From: an uncultured Pseudomonadota bacterium
Lineage (GTDB): Bacteria > SAR324 > NAC60-12
NCBI GenBank assembly: GCA_913020725.1
Contig: CAJWCD010000068.1
Coordinates: forward strand, 1-19,289
Reading direction: 5' to 3'
DNA length: 19,289 nt
In this document: piece by piece, positions 8,045 through 16,435 of the stretch
Layout: every line of letters begins with the position of its first letter
Numbering within the stretch: the first letter of the stretch is position 1
The notes under the pieces: model-generated
Databases searched by the model: none
Seen by the model: only the letters and a program-made list of their open reading frames with translations
What the model was told of the DNA's origin: nothing
Program-made: the position numbers and the translations under genes

Positions 8045-8064
8045 GATAGTGAAAATGATTCTCA
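8045..8064. promoter_or_regulatory. Fur-box-like operator
   Basis: GATAGTGAAAATGATTCTC (8045-8063) matches GATAATGATAATCATTATC at 15/19. The 7-1-7 core TGAAAAT-G-ATTCTCA (8050-8064) matches TGATAAT-N-ATTATCA at 12/14. Confidence 0.7.
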
Positions 8065-8346
8065 ACACATGAGTGAGAACCAGAGAAAACGATGCTGGAG
8101 ACGACTCTCCAACTTCTGAATTTGCTGCTAGAAACATGCCAGTCTCCTAGACTCTCATTCTCCGGAAAGATTGTGCCTCCCTCCCCGCAGATTCGAGTGA
8201 CGGCGTCCTGAATCTTGCGCTTCATACGGGTAATTCCGTATGGGAATTTTACTGCATTCCTCCCCGCTTTTCCTATAATGTTCGTTTTGCTCCAAATCGT
8301 TTCCGGCGTGGAGTTAACTCACACCCAATACACGAAAGAGATTTTG

Positions 8347-9414
8347 ATGCCAACCTCCTACAACACCCTGATTATGGGTGCTTCCTATGGTTCATTGTTA
8401 GCGACCAAACTCTTGCTCGCAGGACACACCGTCAAGCTGGTGTGCCTACCAACCGAGGCCAAGTTGATCAACAAGGAGGGCACCCGGGTGCGTTTGCCGG
8501 TCAAGGGCCGGGACGGCCTCGTTGAGGTGGATTCCCGGAAGCTGCCGGGTGCCTTGTCCGCCGCCACTCCGGATGCGGTCAGCCCGTCTGATTACGACCT
8601 GATCGTGCTAGCCATGCAGGAGCCTCAGTACCGTTCCCCCGGCGTGCGCGAGTTGCTGGCAGCGGTCGCGCAGGCCAAAGTTCCCTGCATGTCGCTCATG
8701 AACATGCCCCCGCTGCCTTACTTGGCGCGCATTCCCGGACTCGATGTCGAAGGCTTGAAGCAGTGCTACACGGACCCCACTGTTTGGGACGGTTTCGATC
8801 CGAAACTGATGACCCTGTGCAGCCCGGACCCGCAAGCGTTTCGCCCTCCGGACGAAGAACTCAATGTGCTGCAAGTCAGCCTGCCAACCAATTTCAAGGT
8901 GGCCCGTTTCGATGCAGATGAACACACCGCAATCTTGCGTCAGATGCAGGCAGACATTGCAGCGGTCCGGTACAATGACGGTAGCGGCGCGGTCGAATTG
9001 CCCGTCAAGCTCAAGGTGCATGACTCGGTCTTTGTGCCGCTGGCGAAGTGGAGCATGTTGCTGACAGGCAACTATCGCTGTGTGCAGCAGGACGAGATGC
9101 GCGCCATCCGGGACGCAGTCCACAGCGATCTTGACCGTTCACGGTCGGTCTATGACTGGGTGGGTGAGGTGTGCCGAAAATTGGGGGCGTCCGGGGAGGA
9201 TCAGGTCCCGTTTGAAAAATACGCCAACGCCGCTAACGGGCTGCTGAAACCCTCCTCGGCGGCGCGGGCCTTACTCGCCGGGGTGCCAAACATCGAGCGG
9301 GCAGACTGGCTGGTGAAAACCATCGCGGCCCAGCAAGGGATGGAGTCTGAGTTCGTTGATGAAACGGTGGCTCTGGTGGATGCTTGGCTCGAACGTAATC
9401 GCCAAGCCGCTTGA
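8347..9414 (+). CDS. Ketopantoate-reductase (PanE/ApbA)-like NAD(P)-dependent oxidoreductase, substrate unknown, 355 aa
   Basis: Rossmann start LIMGASYGSLLA, YDLIVLAM and SLMN. C-terminal LAKWSMLLTGN and PSSAARALLAGVPNIERAD correspond to the catalytic Lys and SS..Glu motifs of the ApbA C-domain. ATG 8347 follows AAAGAG, and TATAAT lies at 8274-8279. Confidence 0.7.
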   Translation: MPTSYNTLIMGASYGSLLATKLLLAGHTVKLVCLPTEAKLINKEGTRVRLPVKGRDGLVEVDSRKLPGALSAATPDAVSPSDYDLIVLAMQEPQYRSPGVRELLAAVAQAKVPCMSLMNMPPLPYLARIPGLDVEGLKQCYTDPTVWDGFDPKLMTLCSPDPQAFRPPDEELNVLQVSLPTNFKVARFDADEHTAILRQMQADIAAVRYNDGSGAVELPVKLKVHDSVFVPLAKWSMLLTGNYRCVQQDEMRAIRDAVHSDLDRSRSVYDWVGEVCRKLGASGEDQVPFEKYANAANGLLKPSSAARALLAGVPNIERADWLVKTIAAQQGMESEFVDETVALVDAWLERNRQAA

Positions 9415-9448
9415 TGCGCAGAATTTCAGTAAAATTGCAAAACTGCTG

Positions 9449-9479
9449 GCCGACAAAAGCGGAGTGTGTCGGCTTTTTT
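9449..9479 (+). terminator. Rho-independent terminator after the PanE-like gene
   Basis: GCCGACA-N11-TGTCGGC followed by TTTTTT, 35 nt after the stop. Confidence 0.7.
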
Positions 9480-9718
9480 GTTTTGGGCAAAGTCTTTGAG
9501 TCATGAGCCTTTTTCCTTTCAATGAGACCGGAAGGGGGGTAGATTCCAAACCCTTCCGGACGGGAAAGCTCTTTACCTTCTGAACCGAATCAGGAAAACT
9601 GCGGGGTGGCCTGATGTCTGATGGAATAACCCTGCTGACCACTGATTCCGGATTTGGGTTGATTTCCTCGGACGCTGCTAGTATTTTCCAAGATCACTTG
9701 CAACCGCAGACTGCTTCC

Positions 9719-12505
9719 ATGGACACCAATACCTACCTGAGCAACGCTGAAATCAGCGCGTTTGATGATCTTTACCAGCAATACCAAGAAAACCCGGACT
9801 CAGTGGATCCGACTTGGCGGAAGTTCTTTGAGGGCTTCGAGTTCTCCCGGACCAGCTACACGGGGAAATCTTCCATCGGGGAGTCCACAAAAACCGTGAC
9901 CCCCAAGCCAGCCGCTCCAATTCAGGTGGTTGCAGAAGCGGCTCCTGCTCAATTCCAAAAGGAAGTCAACGTCCTCAACCTCATCGGGGCCTATCGACAG
10001 CGCGGACACCTGTTTGCCAGCACCAATCCGGTGCGCCCGCGCCGCAAGTACGATGCCCCCATTGAATTGTCGAGCTTCGACCTCGGAGAAGCGGACATGG
10101 ACACGGTCTTTCAGGCCGGGATGCGTATGAGCCTTGGTCCCACAACGCTGCGGCAGATTGTGGACCACCTGCGGCAAACCTACTGTGGCAGCATCGGGGT
10201 CGAGTATAAATTTGTGCGTTCCCGGGATGCGCTCGAGTGGCTAGAGGGGCGCATGGAGGAATGCCGCAACACCCCGAATTTGACTCCGGACCAGCGACTT
10301 CAAATGCTCCGCAAGATCAACGAGGCGGTCGCGTTTGAAAACTTCCTCCAAACCAAGTTCGTGGGCCAGAAACGCTTTTCGTTGGAAGGCAGTGAATCCA
10401 TCATCCCGGCGCTGGACACTATCGTCGAGCGTGGCGCGGAACTGGGGGTGCAGGAATTTGTCATTGGCATGGCGCACCGCGGACGGCTCAATGTGCTGGC
10501 CAACATTCTTGGCAAGACCTACCGCGACATCTTCACTGAGTTTGAAGGCAAGGTGTTTGGACTGGACGGCTTTGCTGGAGACGTGAAATATCACCTTGGA
10601 TTCTCCAGCGACAAGGAAGCCCGCAATGGCCGTCGGGTGCATCTGAGCCTCACTCCCAACCCATCACACTTGGAGGCTGTCAACCCTGTTGTCGAGGGCA
10701 TCTCCCGCGCCAAGATCGAGCATCGCTACGAGGGCAATTCCAGCCAGCTTGTGCCCATTCTCATTCACGGAGACGCCTCCATCGCCGGACAGGGCATCAT
10801 CTATGAGGTGTTGCAGATGTCTCAACTCCGGGGCTACGGTACCGGCGGAACCGTGCATTTGGTCATCAACAATCAAGTCGGCTTCACCACTGACTACATT
10901 GACGGACGTTCCAGCACCTATTGCACGGACGTCGCCAAAACCACCCTCTCTCCGGTCTTCCATGTCAACGCAGACGATATTGAGGCGGTGGTTTATGTGA
11001 CACAACTCGCCCTTGAGTTTCGGCAGCAGTTCAAGCGGGACGTTTTTGTGGACATCCTCGGCTATCGTCGACACGGGCACAACGAGGCGGACGAGCCGCG
11101 CTTCACTCAGCCCACGCTCTACAAGGCGATTGCCAACCACCCCAACCCCTTGGAGGTGTACAGCAAGGAAGTCATTGAAAGCGGGCGTTTGCAGGCCACA
11201 CAGGTCAAGGAGGTTGAAGTCGAGTTCAAGCAGTTCCTCAACGACCGCTTTCAGGAATCGCTCCAGCAAACCAACGCCAATGTCACCTCTTTCCTTGAAG
11301 GCGAGTGGTCCGGAATCCGGCTGGCGCTACCCGAAGATTTTGACGAATCTCCCGAAACCGGAGTGACCCGTGAAACCCTCCATCGTCTCACTGATCGAAT
11401 TTGCGACCTTCCGGAAGAGCTGGCCTTCTTCCCGAAAATCCGCAAGCTCTATGCAGATCGTCACAAGATGATTTATGACAACGACCGGATTGACTGGGGG
11501 ATGGCCGAAACCCTCGCTTACGCAACCATGCTGGACGAGGGCAAGCCTGTGCGGCTCAGCGGGCAGGATGTCGCACGCGGCACGTTTTCCCATCGGCACT
11601 CCGTCATCGCTGCGGAGGACGACACCAAATACACGCCCCTCAACAACCTCTCCAAGGAACAGGCGCCGTTCTCCGTCTACAACTCCCTGCTCTCAGAATA
11701 CGGAGTGCTGGGCTTCGAGTTCGGCTATGCTTTCGCCACTTCTTTCGGACTCACCATCTGGGAAGCACAGTTCGGCGATTTCGCCAACGGGGCGCAAATC
11801 ATCATTGACCAGTTCATCTGTTGCGCCGAAACCAAGTGGCAGCGCATGAACGGGCTGACCCTGCTGCTGCCTCACGGTTTTGAGGGCCAGGGTTCAGAAC
11901 ACAGTTCCGCCCGCATCGAGCGTTTTCTGGAACTCTGTGCGGACTACAACATCCAAGTCGTCAACTGCACCACCCCTGCCAATCTCTTCCACGCCCTCCG
12001 CCGCCAGCTTGACCGCGAGTTCCGGAAACCGCTGATCATCTTCACGCCTAAGAGTCTGCTGCGCCATCCAAAATGCGTCAGTTCGCTGAGCGAGTTTGAG
12101 GAGGGCAACACTTTCCAGGAAGTCATTGACGACACCGTTGACGACCCCACGGCAGTGACCAAGGTGCTGCTCTGCTCTGGAAAGATTTTCTACGAACTCG
12201 CAGCACGCAAGCAGGAAGAGACCCACAACGATGTCGCAGTGGTTCGGGTGGAGCAGCTCTATCCGCTTCCGGAGCTTGCCCTCAACAAGCTCAAGGAGCG
12301 TTACTCCAGTGTTGAGCGTTGGATCTGGGTGCAGGAGGAACCAGAAAACATGGGGTCGCTTGCCTACCTCAAACGGAAAAGTAAGCGCATCCCGTTCCCG
12401 CTCCATATGATCGCCCGACGCGAGAGCAGTTCTCCGGCCACCGGATTCGCCAAGCTCCACAAAATAGAGCAGAAAGGCCTCATTGACAAGGCTTTCGGCC
12501 CCTGA
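9719..12505 (+). CDS. sucA: 2-oxoglutarate dehydrogenase E1 component, 928 aa
   Basis: [32 protein letters not shown], ThDP motif [10 protein letters not shown]...[36 protein letters not shown]. The conserved N-terminus ([25 protein letters not shown]) places the start at ATG 9719 rather than 9614. Confidence 0.97.
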   Translation: MDTNTYLSNAEISAFDDLYQQYQENPDSVDPTWRKFFEGFEFSRTSYTGKSSIGESTKTVTPKPAAPIQVVAEAAPAQFQKEVNVLNLIGAYRQRGHLFASTNPVRPRRKYDAPIELSSFDLGEADMDTVFQAGMRMSLGPTTLRQIVDHLRQTYCGSIGVEYKFVRSRDALEWLEGRMEECRNTPNLTPDQRLQMLRKINEAVAFENFLQTKFVGQKRFSLEGSESIIPALDTIVERGAELGVQEFVIGMAHRGRLNVLANILGKTYRDIFTEFEGKVFGLDGFAGDVKYHLGFSSDKEARNGRRVHLSLTPNPSHLEAVNPVVEGISRAKIEHRYEGNSSQLVPILIHGDASIAGQGIIYEVLQMSQLRGYGTGGTVHLVINNQVGFTTDYIDGRSSTYCTDVAKTTLSPVFHVNADDIEAVVYVTQLALEFRQQFKRDVFVDILGYRRHGHNEADEPRFTQPTLYKAIANHPNPLEVYSKEVIESGRLQATQVKEVEVEFKQFLNDRFQESLQQTNANVTSFLEGEWSGIRLALPEDFDESPETGVTRETLHRLTDRICDLPEELAFFPKIRKLYADRHKMIYDNDRIDWGMAETLAYATMLDEGKPVRLSGQDVARGTFSHRHSVIAAEDDTKYTPLNNLSKEQAPFSVYNSLLSEYGVLGFEFGYAFATSFGLTIWEAQFGDFANGAQIIIDQFICCAETKWQRMNGLTLLLPHGFEGQGSEHSSARIERFLELCADYNIQVVNCTTPANLFHALRRQLDREFRKPLIIFTPKSLLRHPKCVSSLSEFEEGNTFQEVIDDTVDDPTAVTKVLLCSGKIFYELAARKQEETHNDVAVVRVEQLYPLPELALNKLKERYSSVERWIWVQEEPENMGSLAYLKRKSKRIPFPLHMIARRESSSPATGFAKLHKIEQKGLIDKAFGP

Positions 12506-12530
12506 TTTCACCCCACTCCCACACAAACTC

Positions 12531-13799
12531 ATGGCTGTTGACATCAAGATTCCAAGTCCTGGAGAATCTATCACCGAGGTTGAGATCGGCAACTGGATGA
12601 AGGCCGATGGCGATTTTGTGCAAATGGATGAACCGCTTTGCGAGATTGAAACCGACAAGGCGACCCTGCCGTTGCCTGCGGAAACCTCCGGCATTCTGAA
12701 GATCGTCCTGCAAACAGGCGAAACCGCCCAAGTCGGCGATGTCCTTTGCAGCATCGAACCCAGCGCCGCTCCGGCAGTGGCTTCCAAACCCGCAGCGGCG
12801 GAACCTGCGCCCACTCCGGCTCCGGAACCCGCAACCGCTCCTGCCCCCCAACCGGAATCCTATGCCGCCGGACACCCCTCGCCCGCCGCAAACAAGCTGA
12901 TGGCTGAACAAGGCGTTGCCGCTGCTGCCGTTTCCGGAACGGGTCCGGGAGGCAGGATCACCAAGCAGGATGTGCTGGAGGAGTCCGCATCCTCCACTCC
13001 GGCTCCGGAAGTCCCATCGCCGCCGCCAGCCTCTGCTCCAGAGACTCCCGATCCGCAGGCACCTCCGGCACCACCTGTCGTCGCTGCTGTTTCCGGAGCC
13101 CGGCAAGCGCGTTGGGAACGCATGTCGCGCTTGCGACGCAAACTCTCGGAACGGCTGGTTGCGGTCAAGAACGAAACCGCCATGCTCACCACTTTCAACG
13201 AGGTGGACATGCAGGCGATCTTTGACCTGCGCAGTGCCTACAAGGATCACTTTGAGAAAAAACATGGAGTGCGCCTTGGCTTCATGAGTTTCTTCGTCAA
13301 AGCCTGCTGTGAGGCGCTGCTGGAATTTCCGGCAGTCAACGCCCAGATTGACGGCGAGGAGATGGTTTCGCACGATTATGTGGACATGGGCATCGCCGTC
13401 AGCGCCCCCAAGGGTCTGATGGTTCCGGTGGTCCGCAACGCCGAAACCCTCAGCCTCGCACAGCTCGAATCCGAAATCCGCCGACTCGCCAAGCGGGCGC
13501 GGGACAATGCGATCACGCCCGATGAAATGAATGGCGGCACCTTCTCAATCACCAACGGTGGGGTCTTCGGTTCGATGCTCTCAACGCCAATCCTCAACCC
13601 TCCGCAGAGCGCGATTCTTGGGATGCACAACATTGTCGAACGTCCGATTGCAGTGAACGGCACCGTTGTCGTCCGACCCATCATGTATCTCGCCCTCTCC
13701 TACGACCATCGCATCATCGACGGGCAGCAGTCCGTCCGCTTCCTCGTGCGGGTGAAAGAGTATCTGGAAACTCCGGCGCGGTTGTTGTTGGGGGTTTAG
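12531..13799 (+). CDS. sucB: Dihydrolipoyllysine succinyltransferase (ODH E2), 422 aa
   Basis: Lipoyl domain GESITE...ETDKAT, Pro/Ala linkers, E3-binding [28 protein letters not shown], catalytic YDHRIIDG. Start at ATG 12531. Confidence 0.97.
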   Translation: MAVDIKIPSPGESITEVEIGNWMKADGDFVQMDEPLCEIETDKATLPLPAETSGILKIVLQTGETAQVGDVLCSIEPSAAPAVASKPAAAEPAPTPAPEPATAPAPQPESYAAGHPSPAANKLMAEQGVAAAAVSGTGPGGRITKQDVLEESASSTPAPEVPSPPPASAPETPDPQAPPAPPVVAAVSGARQARWERMSRLRRKLSERLVAVKNETAMLTTFNEVDMQAIFDLRSAYKDHFEKKHGVRLGFMSFFVKACCEALLEFPAVNAQIDGEEMVSHDYVDMGIAVSAPKGLMVPVVRNAETLSLAQLESEIRRLAKRARDNAITPDEMNGGTFSITNGGVFGSMLSTPILNPPQSAILGMHNIVERPIAVNGTVVVRPIMYLALSYDHRIIDGQQSVRFLVRVKEYLETPARLLLGV

Positions 13800-13890
13800 T
13801 GTTTTGAAAGTCCCCGCGAAGTAAAACAAGAAGTTTTTTGAATGTTAGGCATACCATCAAGAACAAAGCAACCCCAACACCCGAAACACC

Positions 13891-15294
13891 ATGTCTCACT
13901 ACGATGTCACCGTGATCGGCTCCGGCCCCGGCGGTTATGTGGCTGCGATCCGCTGTGCACAGCTTGGCCTGAAGACCGCTCTGGTTGAACGCTATTCCAT
14001 GCTAGGGGGCACCTGTCTCAATGTCGGCTGCATCCCGTCGAAGGCGTTGCTCGACTCCAGCGAGCATTTCCACACGGCTCAAGTTGATTTCGCCAAGCAC
14101 GGTATCGAGGTTTCCGGACTTGGGGTCAACTGGGAGCAGATGCGTAGCCGCAAGGACGAGGTGGTTTCGCAGACCTGCGCCGGGGTCAAGTACCTGATGG
14201 ACAAGAACCAGATCACGGTCATCCACGGCCACGGCAGTTTCCGGGATGCGAAAACTGTGGAGGTCGCCAAGGGCGACGGCAGCACCGAGGTGCTGGAGAC
14301 CACAAACACGATCATCGCCACCGGCTCCAAACCCTCCAGTTTGCCCGGAGTCGAAATTGACAAACAGCGCATCATCACCTCAACCGAGGCCCTGCAACTT
14401 CCGGAAGTGCCCCAGAGCATGGTCGTGATTGGTGGCGGCATCATCGGGCTGGAATTGGGGTCGGTCTATGCACGACTTGGCACGAAGGTGCAGGTGGTCG
14501 AGTACTTGGATCGCTTGATTCCGGGCATGGACTTTACCCTTGCCAAGGAAATCCTGCGCTGCCTCAAGAAGCTCGGCATCGAGTTCAAGCTCAGCCACGC
14601 CGTGCAAAGCGTTAAAGTCGAAGACGGGCAAGTTGCCGTGCTGGCGAAAACTCGGAAAGGTGAGCAGGTCACATTCACCGGAGACTACTGCCTTGTTGCT
14701 GTGGGACGCCACCCGTACACCGCTGGACTCAAGCTGGAGAACGCTGGACTCAGCACCGACGAGCGTGGACGGCTTGCGGTGGACGACCACCTGCAAACCT
14801 CGGTTCCGGGAATCTACGCGATCGGCGACGTGGTGCGTGGCGCCATGTTGGCACACAAGGCCGAGGAGGAAGGCGTGTTCGTCGCAGAACGGATTGTGGG
14901 GCAGCAACCGCACATCAATTACCGCAACATCCCCGGAGTCCTCTACACATGGCCGGAAGTCGCCGGAGTTGGCTGGACCGAGGACGAACTGAAGGAGCAG
15001 AACCGCCCGTGTCGTGTGGGCACGTTCCCGTTCAAGGCACTGGGTCGCGCACGTGCGGCCATGGAAACTGACGGACTCGTCAAGGTCATCGTGGCTCCGG
15101 AAACGGATGAAATCCTTGGCCTCCACATGATCGGCGCGCGCGTTGCCGATCTCATCGCGGAAGCTGTGGTTGCGCTCGAATACCGCGCCAGCGCCGAGGA
15201 TATCTCCCGCATGTCGCACGCGCACCCGACTTTTGCTGAAGCGGTCAAGGAAGCGGCACTTGACGCCACAGGCAAACGTGCGATCCACCTCTGA
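13891..15294 (+). CDS. lpdA: Dihydrolipoyl dehydrogenase (E3), 467 aa
   Basis: GSGPGGY, GGTCLNVGCIPSK disulfide, GGGIIGLE, MLAHKAEEEG, HAHPTFAE dyad. Confidence 0.97.
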   Translation: MSHYDVTVIGSGPGGYVAAIRCAQLGLKTALVERYSMLGGTCLNVGCIPSKALLDSSEHFHTAQVDFAKHGIEVSGLGVNWEQMRSRKDEVVSQTCAGVKYLMDKNQITVIHGHGSFRDAKTVEVAKGDGSTEVLETTNTIIATGSKPSSLPGVEIDKQRIITSTEALQLPEVPQSMVVIGGGIIGLELGSVYARLGTKVQVVEYLDRLIPGMDFTLAKEILRCLKKLGIEFKLSHAVQSVKVEDGQVAVLAKTRKGEQVTFTGDYCLVAVGRHPYTAGLKLENAGLSTDERGRLAVDDHLQTSVPGIYAIGDVVRGAMLAHKAEEEGVFVAERIVGQQPHINYRNIPGVLYTWPEVAGVGWTEDELKEQNRPCRVGTFPFKALGRARAAMETDGLVKVIVAPETDEILGLHMIGARVADLIAEAVVALEYRASAEDISRMSHAHPTFAEAVKEAALDATGKRAIHL

Positions 15295-15322
15295 TTCAGT
15301 GAACAGTTAGCAGTGATCCGCA

Positions 15323-16435
15323 ATGGCCCAGCGTGACCGTGTTCTGATCATCGACGATCAGGAAAACAACCGGCTGGTGATCGAAGATTTTCTCCGCCGC
15401 TTGCGTTGCGAAATGCGCGGGGTGGATTCTGGAGAAGACGGGCTGCTGCTGCTCAAGGAATGGACTCCGGACCTGATCATTGTTGATCAGATGATGCCCG
15501 GGCTGAGTGGAGTGGAGACGACAGAACGTATCAAGGCGCTCCCGGAGTTTTCGCAGGTGCCCGTCCTGATGGTCACGGCAAAAAACGACACGGAAACGTT
15601 GCGGGACGCTTTTGACGCCGGAGCCGTGGACTACATCCTCAAGCCCGTGGATCAGGTCACACTGACGGCCCGGGTGCGGTCTGCCTTGCGCACCAAGCAC
15701 GCTTTTGACGAAATCAGCCGCCTGAGCCGCGACCTGATGGCACAGAAACAGGAACTCAGCAACTTCACCCACATGGTCAGCCACGACCTCAAATCGCCCA
15801 TCGCTGGAGCCGCCAGCCTTTACGATCTCTTCCTCTATCGTCTCAAGGACGAGTATCCAGGCGTTTGGGGCGAGGAGGGTTTCCGGGAACTGCTTGAGCG
15901 CATTCCCGCGACGTTCCGCAAGATGCTGCGCTTCATTGACACCCTGCTGGGCTATGCTGAAGCTGGCAAGGTGATTGGGGAATTGGAGCGCGTTTCGATG
16001 GGGAATGTCGCCCAGCTGGTCGCCGCGAATTTTGAGTATGCTGCTAACGAGGGGCTGGCCGTGATCAACTGTGCCCCAGATCTGCCGCAGGTGTCGTGTG
16101 ATCCCGTGCGCTTCGCACAGGTCTGGCAAAACCTGATCGCCAACGCGATCAAACACCGAGGCGCACGCACTCCGGTTCATATCAAATTGGGCTGGAAATC
16201 CGCTACGCCGAACCTACAATTCTGGGTGCAGGACAACGGACCCGGTATTGCTGCCGAGGATCAGGAGCGCGTCTTCCAACCATTTGCACGGGGTGAAAGT
16301 TCCGAGGGTGGAAACGGCATTGGCCTCGCCACCGTGCAGCGCATCCTCAACGCACACCGGGGCCGCGTCTGGGTGGCTCCCGATTTCACCGCTGGCACTC
16401 GCATTTGCTTCGAGATTCCCGACCATGTGGGCTGA
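15323..16435 (+). CDS. Cytoplasmic hybrid response regulator / histidine kinase (REC-HisKA-HATPase), 370 aa
   Basis: Receiver IIDD, PDLIIVDQMMP, MVTA, YILKP; H-box SHDLKSP; N-box QNLIANAIKH; G1 DNGPGI; F-box VFQPF; G2 GNGIGLA. No transmembrane or sensor domain. Confidence 0.93.
   Translation: MAQRDRVLIIDDQENNRLVIEDFLRRLRCEMRGVDSGEDGLLLLKEWTPDLIIVDQMMPGLSGVETTERIKALPEFSQVPVLMVTAKNDTETLRDAFDAGAVDYILKPVDQVTLTARVRSALRTKHAFDEISRLSRDLMAQKQELSNFTHMVSHDLKSPIAGAASLYDLFLYRLKDEYPGVWGEEGFRELLERIPATFRKMLRFIDTLLGYAEAGKVIGELERVSMGNVAQLVAANFEYAANEGLAVINCAPDLPQVSCDPVRFAQVWQNLIANAIKHRGARTPVHIKLGWKSATPNLQFWVQDNGPGIAAEDQERVFQPFARGESSEGGNGIGLATVQRILNAHRGRVWVAPDFTAGTRICFEIPDHVG

Noticed and set aside
8028..8346. 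Extended starts at 8225 (-) and 8215 (+), and a possible riboswitch in this spacer
   Set aside because: The extensions overlap each other and cover RBS, Fur-box and -10 elements. I found no conserved riboswitch core motif on either strand.
12757..13095. Pro/Ala-rich repeats in sucB (for example CCACTCCGGCTCCGGAA twice)
   Set aside because: Ordinary flexible linkers of E2 subunits.
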